64,000 bases of DNA, from the NCBI GenBank assembly GCA_964016885.1, contig OZ024743.1, positions 11,780,001 to 11,844,000 of the forward strand, read 5' to 3'. Of this stretch, positions 1 through 13,300 are shown piece after piece; positions within the stretch are counted from its first letter, which is position 1, and each line of letters starts with the position of its first letter. The DNA comes from Eledone cirrhosa. Taxonomy: Eukaryota. A program made the position numbers and the translations under genes. Under the pieces are notes generated by a model. The model saw only the letters and a program-made list of their open reading frames with translations. It did no database searches and was not told the origin of the DNA.

Positions 1-905
1 CTCAGCAACTGCCATGGCGCCAACGATAGCGGTTCTCTCCAAGAGTTTTGGGCAACTGCTGAGTAGATGCTCTAATGATGCTATTCCAAAACAAAGCGGC
101 CACACAGGTGTCTTGCTCTTGCCCCAGATGTGAAAATTAGATGGGTTAGCAGGACATCGTAAACTGCCTGAACCAGGAATCGATGGCGTTGAAGGTCTGC
201 CCTCATGAAGTTAAACCAGGTAATCTTGCGCAGCAGCACACCTCCAGCCTCGCCCATGCTTCCAGGTGTATACGCCCTACAGTTCTGCTCATTCTATTTT
301 TCTGCACACCCACTCAGACCTCTTCCTGAGTGAGATGCTGTATTTCATTGCTTCGGAGCTTTCGGACATATCCTAAGCCCTCTCTGCTGGGTGTAATAGT
401 TCCACCAGCTTTTTTTTTACCCCAGTCTTGACTCTCTACCTACATTGCACTCACTACTCTTCATTTCATTCCCATCCTCATCTTGATACCGACTGTTGCA
501 ACTTTCTGGTCTCTAGAATCTCTGTAGTTCCGTACCTCTCTTGTTCGTTTCACTATAAACCCCTCTGTGGGACTACTGAATGGGAGCTGCAAATTGTTGC
601 TTATCTTGTACACTGTTCTGAAAGCCCAATTACATGAACAGAAAGCAGTTGATATTCCTTTCAAGGGACTCCAATGTTGTGAAAGGGGTTGCATAAATCA
701 ACAGTGGCCACAGGATCTCAGACAGAATAACGTTGTAAATACAGGTCTTGTATATTCCGGGTAAGCTTGACTTATCGACCTTGGTAAGCCAAGCTTCCAG
801 GTTTTTCTTGGACTCTTTAATGGCAGCATAGTCTTTCAACGTTGTGCTAAAGAACTTCGCCATACGCCTGACTGGTTTCTCTGAAATGGAGGGGATGATT
901 TTGCA
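1..905 (-). mobile_element. Degraded HERO-clade (RLE-type) non-LTR retrotransposon ORF fragment
   Basis: Minus-strand translations give WLTKVDKSSLPG..ILWPLLIY..LESLERNI and C..SLEHLLSSCPK..LGENRYRWRH. These are typical HERO post-RT and CCHC motifs, with frameshifts. The element runs off the window edge. Confidence 0.7.
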
Positions 906-1794
906 GAGCCGAACTTAGCCCCTGCCAATGTTATCAGCTTCTAGGGAGCCTGCAAAATTGGCTTACTCTTTAACACCGATATAGTTGTAGTGGTCAGGCC
1001 ATCCATGAAAGCTCACCGTGGGCTGAAGTACACCCGACTACGAAAGAGGGCCTCTGCACTTTACTTCGGCTGACTTAGTCACCATGTTCATAGCAAGGAC
1101 AATATAAATAAATAAATATATAAATAAATAAATGAGATGGTAAAACGTGTCATTGCTCTTTTCCCAAGCCAGTACCAGTCTGAAATTACTGGCCCAGAAA
1201 TGACCTTTAACTTGAAATTATTGTAGCAATTCAGGACTCAGTCTTTGATCATACTGGGAACATGGTGATGGTGTAGTGCAGGCTCAACCTGTCTGTGTGG
1301 TATGGACCCATAGGCATAGATGTAATAATATACAGTAAAATATGCATATATAGTGTACATATTTTTATTAACCATTAGAGCAACAACATAGTTCAATAGC
1401 AAATAAATGAATATAGGAGTCAGTGTTAATTGATACAATGAGATTATTTATGTAATTGAATGATTAAAAACCAGGCCTTGGCTATTTGAGTGAAATTACC
1501 TGACCGAAAATCGGAAACCTAAACGTATACACAAACAACGAAACGAAATTAGTGTCCCATTCCCGACTTAGTTTCCATATAACTTTCTTAATAATATATA
1601 TATATATTCTAATTTTTTCCAAGCTTTATATTATGGTTATGTAGATGAAATTGTTAAAAATAATTTGTTATTGTTAAAATACTTTCATTAGTTTATAGTT
1701 TCACCTCCTAATGTTTTCATCTACAGAAAACTTGCGAAGTGTATTTATAGAAGGTTACAAATCCTGCCTTCTAATTTCATACGTGTTTCTACTT

Positions 1795-1905
1795 TCCGCA
1801 CAAGGCCAGCAATTTGAAAGGAATGAGAAAGTCGATTAAATCGATCTCTGTTCATTACTGGTACATTATGTTATCGACCCTGCAAGCTAACAGGCGGGAT
1901 TTTAT
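1795..1905 (-). mobile_element. SINE fragment (degraded)
   Basis: gcacaaggccagcaattt...ctggtac..tatcgaccc matches the SINE copy at 2.6 kb. Confidence 0.55.
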
Positions 1906-2405
1906 AATAATATCACTCAAGATAAGTCCCAGATTTTACACTGCAAAATAATGTCATTTCTACAATTCTGAATTGTAGGAAAAATAAATACATATTAAAA
2001 AAAATAAAGACGAAGAAAATGATGTTAATGACATATTCGTAATCTACACATTTAAAAATGTGTTTCTGCAAAATTTCAATGAAAAATGTGTATTATTCAG
2101 AAAGTTACGAGGAAGCAAATTCGCTGGGTGGTGGAGCACTAAACTATAGTTTGTCGAAATAAGTTTCGGTGTATATACTGATCTGGGGCCGATAAAAGGA
2201 AGTCCCCGTCAAACATTGGATCGATGTAATCGACATCCCTCCCCACAAAATTGTTTTACTATTGTTATACTATTGATATTTAAAATAATGTGCAATATAT
2301 AATTAAATCAATATTTGTTAAACGAAATAAATAAAAATGAAATTATTTCACTGATTTAATGCATGTGAAATAGTTATATATAAATTATAGACCAATTGCT
2401 TGTAA

Positions 2406-2476
2406 GCATCGGTGGTTCAGTGGTAGAATTCTCGCCTGCCACGCGGGAGGCCCGGGTTCAATTCCCGGCCGATGCA
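2406..2476 (+). tRNA. tRNA-Gly(GCC)
   Basis: Canonical 71-nt cloverleaf GCATCGG...CCGATGCA, anticodon loop CTGCCAC, T4 terminator downstream. Confidence 0.97.
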
Positions 2477-2587
2477 TATAATACACTTTTGCTGTATAAA
2501 AGAATTCATGTATTTTTTTTTATAGGTTAGATTTATAGTAAAAAACCCAAAACAAGTTGCAGAGTTGTTCTTGCCTTTCCTTATATG

Positions 2588-2731
2588 ATAATGGTTTCTT
2601 ATATAGGCACAAGGCCAGCAATTTTGGGAGAGGGGAAGTCGATTAAATCGACCGCAGTGCGAGACTGGTACTTTATTTTATCGACCCTATAAGGATGAAA
2701 GGCAAAGTTAACCTCGGCGGGATTTGAACTG
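2588..2731 (-). mobile_element. tRNA-derived SINE, 3' part
   Basis: Reverse complement has B-box GTTCAAATCC followed by ccgaggttaactttgcctttcatcc..ggtcgataaaataaagtaccag. The motif is multi-copy in the window. Confidence 0.75.
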
Positions 2732-3840
2732 TGCGGTCGATTGTCGCACTTGGTGGTGAATTGGAAGTCGTTTTCTTTTCACACTCCCTCCCTCTTTTAT
2801 GCGTTTATATTTGTGTTTATTAACGACAATATATTTGTAATGTTCTTCTGAACGAATTGCGAGTAGTTTATAATGTTATATCTACAACTGTGAATAAAAC
2901 TAAAGTATTACGCATATAACACATACTGAAAATCTTGGGACAGTGTATTTATACGATATAAGCTCATTTCATTATGCAAAATAAACATATGTGTATTCTT
3001 TTCAAGCAAACTTGTACATTTCAAGTACATTTCGCTGTTTACGTTTTGACTTTTGAATTTTCGCCTGGAAATTTCTCATTTTCTTTAATGGAATTCTAAA
3101 ATAGGAATATACCAAGGGCTCTAGTTGTGTTGAAATTTCTTCGCACATTATGCATATTTTGTGCATGTCCCTAAATGAAATGAATCGGACTGTCTACACA
3201 CTGATTATGAATATCAATTACATAGCTGTTTTTTTGTTTTGTTTGTTTTTTTTTTTGGAATGGTAAAATAGACACCCAGGCTATGTAGCCTATAAGAGTG
3301 TTAGACACCATGAGTTGCAGCTTTTTACGGTCTGAGTTAAGACAATTTGAAATCTTTTCCTCCATCAATTGTTAAAAAACAAGTTAAAATCATTTAGTCG
3401 TCCATTCGTAACGTACGTAATTCTTTAGTTACATACACACACATCTACACGTAAATACACAAACAGATACTGATAACAGAAGTACAAACCGACACACACA
3501 CTGGGTCGATAAAATAAAGTACCAGTAATATACTGTTATAAAAGTAGAAACAATTATTACATACACATCTATGAATGATTGAGGAAGGAAGGGGCTGGTG
3601 AAACATTATAGCGATATGTGTGCTGTGTCCCTTTAAGGTTTACCGGCTACATAGCTTATCATTTTTTTTTCAATCAGAATACAAACAGACGAAATAACTA
3701 TTGCAGTACAACTCATATCTACCCATCGTGCGAGCCGGCAGACTTGTTATACATGTAGTTTGGGCGAGTTGAATTTATACAGAACTTGAAAATAATTATC
3801 CAAAATGAACTGAGTGTTGTTATTTCTTTTGGCGATATCC

Positions 3841-4643
3841 AATTTTAGCTGCCTAAATGCCGCTTACTTGCTGCAGTTGCTGCTTACTTCAATGTATGAG
3901 GCTATTCCAACAAATTTACATTCCCCCTTTTTTTAGCCGTTAAAAGAAATATAGATTTATTTATTTTTTTTTTTGCGATTTATTTGCCACTGGGGCATAT
4001 ATTTCTTTATTTGCCCCTTTTTTGTTTGTTTGTTTGTTTTTTTTTTTTTTGCGATTTATTAGCCTTTTGGGGTCACACACACACCCGTAGAAAGTGTGCG
4101 ACCTTTCTGCCAGGGAGCACAGAGAGAGGGGGGTGCTCCCTTCTCTTACCTGTACAAGCCGATATAGAGAGATGGCCCACTTACACGGGCCATTTATTGC
4201 TACTTTCACCCATCTTTCATGGAATTGGCTGGGACTAAGTGCCTTTTTCTCCAGCCAGCCAATTCCATGAAAGATGGGTGAAAGTAGCAATAATGGCCCG
4301 TGTAAGTGGGCCATCTCTCTATATCGGCTTGTACAGGTAAGAGAAGAAGGGAGCACCCCCCTCTCTCTGTGCTCCCTGGCAGAAAGTTCGCACACTTTCT
4401 ACGGGGGTGTGTGTGACCCCAAATGGCTAATAAATCGCAAACAAACTAACAAACAAACAAAAAAGGGGCAAATAAAGAAATCTATGCCCAGTGGCAAATA
4501 AATCGCAAAAAAAAAAAAAATAAATAAATCTATATTTCTTTTAACGGCTAAAAAAAGGGGGAATGTAAATTTGTTGGAATAGCCTCATACATTGAAGTAA
4601 GCAGCAACTGCAGCAAGTAAGCGGCATTTAGGCAGCTAAAATT
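3841..4643. repeat. About 800-bp foldback (long inverted repeat, arms about 390 bp, 22-bp spacer)
   Basis: 3841-4232 is the near-exact reverse complement of 4255-4643 (aattttagctgcc...ggcagctaaaatt). Confidence 0.95.
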
Positions 4644-5432
4644 TTGTTAATAAATAATAACAAAATATTAGGATAACCAAATTATGAGATAAATTATATG
4701 AGCAAAATTTAAATATGAACACATGACAAGGTCGGAGTAAGATGAGTAGACCAAGAATATAACGCGTGGAAATATATTAAGAACATCGAGAAAAGAGAGA
4801 AGAAAATAGAAAACACGGGATGAATAACATCTTCGTTCTTCACGCCGTAACTGTACGAAGTTTGTAGCTATGTAAACATAAACTGAAGCCCAACTCATTT
4901 AGCTTGTACTTAGCCTTTTAAATCCACTAGTTTCTTCTGTGCTCCTATTTTTAACTAACTTTAAAAACGATCTTCCGATTAAACATTTATTATGAATTAA
5001 GATACTGAATTGAATTGCTGGTTGAAAACAATTTTAAGGATACATAATTATATTTCTGCTGCATTCGAACAATTTCTTTTTTGGTAAGGAATTTAACTTG
5101 ACATTTTTATAAACATTGCCAAAAAATTAAGTTGTCAATTTATAATTATATTTCAGTAGTATGCCCAACGTCAATTTGTGCGTTTTATTTGCAAAAAAAA
5201 ACAGCTTTTATTCCTAACCGCAATAAGCTAAAATCTACGGTAGCTGCTATATTCCCATTATTATGTTCCGAAAAGCTAACAAAGAATACAAATAAAGTTG
5301 GTTATTTCATTAACGTTTCATAACGAAAAAAAATATATAAATTATTTAAAACAAATAACAAACGTACCAAATGAAAAAGTATGATTCAATTTATATAGAT
5401 TAAATACTTCCTGTATTGTCATCCGCGCCGTA

Positions 5433-5504
5433 GCCGTGATCGTCTAGTGGTTAGGACCCCACGTTGTGGCCGTGGTAACCCAGGTTCGAATCCTGGTCAC
5501 GGCA
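5433..5504 (+). tRNA. tRNA-His(GTG)
   Basis: GCCGTGATCGTCTAGTGGTTAGGAC...TTGTGGC...GGTTCGAATCC..TCACGGCA, 72 nt, followed by a long T run. Confidence 0.96.
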
Positions 5505-6612
5505 GTGTGCGGTTTTTTTTTTCTTTTTAATTTTTATATATGTATATAGAGTGTGATGTACATATTGATAGTTCCGATTTCACTACGAACATTTTCCACT
5601 GCTTATATACTATTGATTGTAACGGAAACTGGAAATCCGTTAGAGTGAATGTTCCTTTCTTGTATTATATGCCCTCTGTGAAATTTTTGCCCATCGCTGT
5701 CTTTGACAGCATTTAGTTGTTTGAACGACTGTTCTAGCCGTGAGTTTTCTCATTGTTATATGTATTCAAATACACCACTCGCTTCGTCTCGATCAGAGAC
5801 AACAATCTTTTTAATTTTATCAGAGCTATGATTAGCTTTCTATTTAGGACAGAGACCACAGCTTGAGGTTAACTATCCCATCATTTTCTTTTCTTTGTTT
5901 TCTTTCGTCCTTCTGTTTGTAGTGTTTGTTTTACCACACACATCATACCAGCAGAAAGATTTATTTTTCTGCTGTACAATCCAGTCTTTTAAAATGGTAC
6001 TCTCAATCAAATCGTGCGAAACCATATTGCTGGTTTGAGAGCTGATGGGGGTGAAGATATGTGCGTGTAAAATTGTCTAGTACATCGCCTTTTTTATTTC
6101 CTTCTTCTAGTCACTACTCCTTGTCCTCCCCCTCTTTCAATCTTTTCTATATTTCATCTGCTTGTCACCCACCTTGTGGATTAGTCTTTGTCCTCTGAGA
6201 CATTCCCCCCATCGCTGTCTTTGACAGCATTTAACATCTAAACTGGCCAGAATTCCCTTTCTGTTCAATCCAGCCGTAACCAGCCACTCATACTGATTTT
6301 AAGGTATTGTTCTCAAAATAAATAATGTCAAAATCTCATAGGTTCGATAGTATGTGAGACAAAGTCTTTACCGTGAAAATACAATCGTAAATATAGAGTA
6401 ATGTGAATGCTAACGGTTGTTCTAACGATCAGTTTTCTCAATTTTATATGTATTCAAATACACCCTCGCTTCATTGTCTCAACTTTACATATAAATATAT
6501 AATTATGTGTGTATATATTTAACCTACACTTTTACAATGCTTTGACACACAATATCTAGGAGTTAACGTAAATTCGATAGATATGAATAAAATCTGCACC
6601 AAATTATTATGT

Positions 6613-6683
6613 GCATCGGTGGTTCAGTGGTAGAATTCTCGCCTGCCACGCGGGAGGCCCGGGTTCGATTCCCGGCCGATGCA
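6613..6683 (+). tRNA. tRNA-Gly(GCC)
   Basis: Canonical cloverleaf with GTTCGATT T-loop and T5 terminator. Confidence 0.97.
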
Positions 6684-7181
6684 TCTTTTTAACTTTGAGT
6701 TCCGGATTACTTTAAAATGTAAATGGACTTGCCAGTTTATCAATGATCATCTTTTATTTCAATCATATTTTACACGTTAACTTGTTAACATTTGAAGAAA
6801 TATTTTTCTGAGAGAATCTCCATTTGATGGTCAAATTGTTAGTTCCTCACATTATTTTGTCAGTGCTGTAACAAGTTTGAAGTTTTATATCATACATTCT
6901 TAGATTCCAACGTAACATAGAAATGACATATTATTTTTTGCCCTCAAATGAACTATTTTCTCATCTTCATAAAACGTTTACAGAATAAAACTGGCAGCTT
7001 CTCATCATTTTTTATATACAGATTCAGTTGAGGTATTCTTTATATCTGATTTGTTGAAGTAATTAGTAATTAATTATATGTAAAAGATGGAATGATACTT
7101 AAGACATTTTCCAATAACAAATTTAATGCAAAAAGAATCGAATTCCATGATGTAAATTCAATGTAATCACTGAAAACGTGA

Positions 7182-7252
7182 GCATCGGTGATTCAATGGT
7201 AGAATGCACGCTTCCCACGCGTGCGGCCTCGGTTCGATTCACGGCCGATGCA
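7182..7252 (+). tRNA. tRNA-Gly(CCC), likely pseudogene
   Basis: Anticodon arm CACGC-TTCCCAC-GCGTG, but the T-stem has mismatches (ctcgg/cacgg). Confidence 0.75.
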
Positions 7253-7364
7253 TAATGCCTATATACTTTTAGCTTTTTAAAATTCTTAGTATTGTTTCTA
7301 AATTGAAATCATCTTGCAAATTGATGAAAGTTCTAGCATGATTTCGGTGAATTATGTTCATACA

Positions 7365-7560
7365 TTGTGGATTGGCAGTATCAGTAGAGAGCCGGACGCC
7401 ATGCTTTCCAATATAGTTACGTCCCTTTACGGTCTGAGTTCAAATCCCGCCGAGGTTAACTTTGCCTTTCATCCTTACGGGGTCGATAAAATAAAGTACC
7501 AGTAATGCACTGGGTAATTGCTGGCCTTGTGCCTATATAAGAAACCATTATTATTATTGT
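7365..7560 (+). mobile_element. tRNA-derived SINE with (TTA)n-like tail
   Basis: B-box GAGTTCAAATCC, conserved body, tail attattattatt. Confidence 0.8.
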
Positions 7561-7745
7561 TACTGTAAATAATATCATGTTTGTACAGTTTTTATCATAA
7601 ATGTTGTTATTGATTGAATGGTAAGAATTAACAATAAATTATATGTAAAATATCGAATGAGAACTAAGACATCTTGCTATATCACATTACATACAAAATA
7701 AATTGAATTCAATGATATGAATAAAGTTGATCACCGAAAATGAGA

Positions 7746-7816
7746 GCGTCGGTTGTTCAATGGTAGAATGCACGCTTCCCACGTGTGCGATCCGGGTTCG
7801 ATTCCCGGCCGATGCA
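7746..7816 (+). tRNA. tRNA-Gly(CCC)
   Basis: Cloverleaf with anticodon loop TTCCCAC and intact T-arm. Confidence 0.85.
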
Positions 7817-8220
7817 TAATTCTCTCTATACTTTTAGTTCTTGAAAACTCTTAGTTTGGTTTCAAAATTTTAATCCTCTTGCTAGTTGTTGAATGTTCTA
7901 GTATGATTTCAGGGAATTAATTTCGTGGAATAAATTGTCATTATGGGAACAAATATATATTCAGCAAGACAGTGTCAATCGTTAAGAGAGCATCAACATT
8001 CCGAATATTTTGAATTATTGTGGCATGGCTTGAGCGGCTAATTTTTATTTCATCAAAATTAATTAGTGATCTAAAATTTAAATCTCTACATAGAAAATAT
8101 TCCTGTGTGATAAATATTTCATTCGCACACGTGGGCCCCCTTTTCTCACCATACGGAGATATGGGGAGGCCCAGAGAAATGGAGACGATGACAGTTTGTG
8201 TTCGGCTATTCTTTTATATA

Positions 8221-8587
8221 TAACTAGCAGAATGGCCCGGCGTTGCTCGGGATATGCTCTAGGGTTCTTATATATTTATCCTTATCGAGCCTCGTAAAAT
8301 AAATACGTTTGTTTATATTTTGTTATTGTGTATGCAAACACATCTGTACACGAATATATAATTATATATATATATATATATTAAAATAACATTAAAGTTT
8401 AAGCAAATAATCGCTGCTTTCACCCTTAACGGGATCTTCTGAAACAAAAAAAAATCAATCTTTGAACGCAGAAGTAAATATTTCGATAAACGTTACACGC
8501 TATATATAATATCTGTCTGTATGTCTGGCTGTCTTCATTACGGCATTATGACGCTGTGTGTGTGTGTATATATATGTATATATAGTA

Positions 8588-8647
<60 letters not shown>

Positions 8648-8960
8648 TACTATATATACATACACACACAGCGTCATAATGCCGTAATGAAGACAGCCAG
8701 ACATACAGACAGATATTATAAGGGCGCAACGTTATATCTATGTATCTATCTAAAAAGAAAGACTAAAAATTATAGAGAGAGATCGCTAAATCGCCTAATG
8801 CCGTCCCTAAGGCATTGATAATTTGAAATATCTTTTTCTCAAAACACTAACAGGACCATAAGTATTGCATGTGTAAAGTTTGAAAACAATCGGTTGGGTG
8901 GTTCTCGAGCTTTAGGGAGTCAGACTGACAGACAGACATCCTCAGTTGTAGATATATAAA
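8221..8960 (+). mobile_element. Non-autonomous Helitron/Helentron (HINE, DINE-1-like) element
   Basis: Starts taactagc..cccggcgttgctcggg and ends aagtttgaaaacaatcgg...(acag)n...tatata, the layout of this class. Its distal part recurs in every array unit. Confidence 0.55.
8489..8733. repeat. Inverted repeat (MITE-like) enclosing a TA/CA microsatellite
   Basis: tataatatctgtctgtatgtctggctgtcttcattacggcattatgacgctgtg and its reverse complement ending near 8720. Confidence 0.9.
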
Positions 8961-9069
8961 TTATACTCAGCTTAGTATTGAGTACCTTACTTACAGCGAT
9001 AAAAGTATAAAATGAACCCACTACACTCCAATGCTAGATATGTATAAAATCTATGCCAAAAGTTCGTAA

Positions 9070-9140
9070 GCATCGGTGGTTCAGTGGTAGAATTCTCGCC
9101 TGCCACGCGGGAGGCCCGGGTTCAATTCCCGGCCGATGCA
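9070..9140 (+). tRNA. tRNA-Gly(GCC)
   Basis: Canonical sequence with T8 terminator. Confidence 0.97.
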
Positions 9141-9347
9141 ACTCTTTTTTTTAAATTCGACCTCTGGAGATACCTTAATTTTATTTTAAGATGAGAGTCG
9201 GCTTACCAGCTTATCAATAGTCATCTTTAATTTCAATAATTTTTTACAAGTTAGCTTGTTAACATGTACAGAAAGATTTATTCTGGAAGAAGCGCCATTT
9301 CTTTTGAAATCATCATCAATAGATGTTACTGGAGAATGAAATGTATG

Positions 9348-9945
9348 AACTCTGACACCCCAGCGAACTAACCATATTCACTGAACCAGAACAATTCTCC
9401 CAATCCCATTTCTCTTGACCACTCTCTTTCCCTTGTCATAACATTCTCTATAAAGGCTACAGAATAGATTTCCAAATAAGGGCGCAAAAATGTAATGAAA
9501 ACTTGTTTACGTGACAGCCAAATTTCATTTATAACCAATCAAATCATGTTTATTAAAAAAAAGCCTTCGTGAGCCACCTTTTTTTAAAGTAAAGAAATTC
9601 AAACACACACACACACAACACACACACACACACGCACACACACACAAGCACACAAATAAACATACATATCTTTACTTTCTTTATTCAATAGAAAATTTGA
9701 ATTCTGACACCCCAGCGAACTAACCATATTCACTGAACCAGAACAATTCTCCCATCCCTTTCTCTTGACCATTATCTTTCACTTATCATAAAATTCTCTA
9801 AAAAGGCTACAGAATGGATTTCCAAATAAGGGCACGAAAATTTAATGAAAACTTGTTCACGTGACAACCATAATTTCATTTATAACCAACCAAAAAAAAA
9901 AGCCTTCGTGAGCCCCTTTTTTCAAGTAAAAAGAAATTCAAACAC
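9348..9945 (+). repeat. Two-copy direct repeat (period about 352 bp)
   Basis: tctgacaccccagcgaactaaccatattcactgaaccag occurs at about 9351 and about 9703, with continued similarity to aagaaattcaaacac. Confidence 0.85.
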
Positions 9946-10328
9946 TCATATATGAAAAAACAACCTGTGACAACCCCCCCTCTTATTTGAAGAACTATTG
10001 TAACGCGAACTGGCGCGAAATTTATTATAATTATTGACAAACCAATCAAATTACTTCTCGAAAAACCTGGCATTTCGAGCCACTTTTTCCATATAAAACA
10101 AGTAACATTCAGAGACCAACCAGATGTGAGAAAAACCACAGACCCTCCATCTCAACTCACCTTTTGAAAAGCAGAAGAACTGCGAAACCGGTAAAGGAAC
10201 CAAATAAATATATATATTTAAAAAAAAAATAAGACTCCAGTTGCATTTTCGATTTCATCTCTTTTTCTTTATACTTTCACTCGTGTAGGACACCTCGGTT
10301 ATTTTTCATTTTGTAAAAAAAACCTCAC

Positions 10329-10364
<36 letters not shown>

Positions 10365-10368
<4 letters not shown>

Positions 10369-13300
10369 TCATCATCATCATCATCATCAACGTTTAACGT
10401 CCGTGTTCCACGCTTGCATGGGTTTGGACGGGGGTAGTCCCACTTGAGGCAAGAGTGATTGTCTTGCTCGCATAGGACTGTCTGGCAGGTTTTCTACAGT
10501 TGGATGCCCTTCCTAACACCAACCACATTTACAGTGTGGGTCTGGGAGGTTTTTACCGTGTTGCCTACACGGCCACATTACAGCGTGGACTGTGTGTTTT
10601 TTTGTCGTGACACCTACACGATCTCATTTGTTTCGGCCTCGATGGCGCGGCCCCAACATAACTTTACATAGAACGGGGTGGTGTGGATCGGGTGGGGGTG
10701 GGGGTGGGGGTGGTGGGACGGGGTGTATTTTGTTAGAGATGCCTACTGGCTGGAGTAGGTTTTACTATATATTTAGGTAAGGCGGGTCTTCTCTGTTACT
10801 GAGTACCGCCAAAGGTCTCGGTCCAGTGACATTGTCTTGGAGAGGTGTAAGTGTGTGATGTCGGAGTTTATCAGCTCGTCCCAGGTTTTTCTAGGTCTGC
10901 CTATTCCGTGACTACCGTCTATCTTTATTGCCCTGCACTTTGTTATACAGCTATCGACTTTCATGCGCATCACGTGTCCATACCAACGTAGCCTTCTCTC
11001 GAGTAAACAACATCTGATCCCTCTTATCTCTAATTTATTCCTTAGTTCGTTTATGCTTTGCCGTTCACGTATATTACTGTTACACATCCAGCGGAGCATG
11101 CAAGCTTCGTTCCTCTCTAGTCTGCGTATATCCTCTGCACACAATGCCCAGGTCTCACTGCCATGCAGCATTGCTGTTCGTATGCAGGCATCGTACAACC
11201 TGCCTTTCATTTTTAGTGAGAACCCTTTAGCAGCTAATAGTGGTATAAGCTCTCTGAACTTTTTCCAACCAGTTCTGACTCTAGCTACAGTACTTTCAGA
11301 GCACCCTCCCCCACTGCTGATTTTATCGCCCAGGTAACGGAAGCTGTCCACTATTTCTATAGAACCCTCTGCGCAATTGAAAGAGCTAGTAGTTTGTGGG
11401 CACTTGCTGCTACTTATTGCACCAGAGCACCGGCCACATGTAAAATCTATGTTCTTAGTTAGCTTACCTGTGATCCCACTACATCTTTTATGCACCCATA
11501 CTTTGCATTTAGGACATAAAATGGAGTTTCTACCTACGCCTTTCCTACACACCGAGCACGACCATTTCCCAGAAGGGACCGCCGCCTTGTTTTCTTTCCT
11601 ACAAACTAGTACTTTGGTCTTAGCCAGGTTAATTTTAAGTCCTTTTGACTCTAGGCCGTGCTTCCATGTTTGGAATTTCTTCTCTAGCTCGGCCATTGAT
11701 TCCGCTATGAGTGTCAGGTCGTCTGCGTATAGGAGTTCCCATGGGCAGCCTGTCTTGAACTCCTCTGTTATAGCCTGAAGGGCAATAATAAATAGTAGTG
11801 GACTGAGAACAGAGCCCTGATGGACGCCGACTTTTACGCTAAACTCTTCACTATATTCGTTGTTAATTCTAACCTTGCTGACTGTTTCTTTATACATGGC
11901 TTGTATAGCCCTCACAAGCCATTCGTCAACGCCTAGTTTTCTAAGAGCCCACCAGATAATGGAGCGGGGGACTCTGTCGAAGGCTTTCTCCAAGTCGACA
12001 AAAGCTAAGTAGAGGGGTTTACCTTTAGCTAGGTACTTCTCCTGTAGTTGTCGTACTATGAAAAGAGCGTCTGTGGTACTTTTGCCTGACACAAACCCGA
12101 ACTGCATTTCATCTAGGTCAATTCTCTCTCTGATTAGTTGCGCTATTACTCTTTCCGTGACCTTCATGACCTGGTCGATTAATTTAATGCCTCTATAGTT
12201 ACTCCTATCTAGGGCGTCTCCTTTACCCTTATAACAGTTAACGATGATGCTGCTATGCCAGTCCTTCGGAACAACCCCGTTCTGTACGACTTGGTTAACT
12301 ATGCGGGTGACCATGGTGTGTCCCACCGTGCCAGATGCCTTCAGCATCTCAGCAACTATTTCCGAAGGCCCAGCCGCCTTACCAGTCTTCATATCCTTGA
12401 TTGCCTTACTTATTATACTCCCCTCGACTAACACTGCTGGTCCCTCTATTGGGTCGATATGGGGGAGACTGCCTTTCTCCCAATTATTCTCCTCATTTAG
12501 AAGCCTTTCATAGTGACACTTCCAAGCTACCTTCTTATCAGCGTCGGTGATGGCAAGTGTGCCATCGTCGTTTAGTACACACTTCTCCCCGACAATATCA
12601 CGGTTTTCCTTGACGCATTGCCTAGCAATCCTGAACACCTCACGTTTTTGGTCATCGCGTTGTAGAACATGCTTGAACTTTCTTTCCTCAGCTTCCCTTC
12701 TTGCTAAGTACACTTGTCTCCTAGCTTCCCTCCTGGCCACTTGATAGTCCTCTCTACTTCCCCCATCCCGCCATACTTTCCAAGCCTGCTTTTTGGCCTT
12801 AATTGACCCCTCCACCTTACTGTTCCACCACCATGTTACTCTCCTCCTGCCTACAGGCCTGCTCCAGCCACAGACCTCGTCTGTCGCCAACAGCAGGTTT
12901 GCTTTCAGAAATTCCCACTCTCCCTCTATATTGTCCGACTCTAAATGTTCTTCCTTACTGTCGAAAGCATCAAGTAATATGCTTTGAAATTTATTCCTGG
13001 CTGTGGGGTCCTTTAGCTTCCATATTTTCCTCCTGAGGATAGTCCTCTTCTGTTGTCGAGTACGTCTCGTCCTGACTATGAGGTCGCTAATTATCAGTCT
13101 ATGTTGGGAGGTGCATTCTTCATGGGGGAGGGATTTAGTGTTAACAACAGACACTCTGTCACGTCTTCTGGTAAGGATATAATCTACCTGGCTTGTGTGT
13201 TCCCCGGATCTATAGGTGATCAGGTGATTGTCACGTTTTTTGAAGTTAGTGTTACAGATAGTTAGGTTATTTGCATCACAGAATTCCAGGATTCTGGAGC

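Noticed and set aside
3961-4501. Mirror ORFs in the foldback
   Set aside because: They are low-complexity by-products of the palindrome with no domain motifs.
10675-10725. G-quadruplex-prone tract (also the C-rich tract at 40350-40460)
   Set aside because: Both lie in LINE 3' UTRs, where such tracts are common. There is no independent evidence of function.
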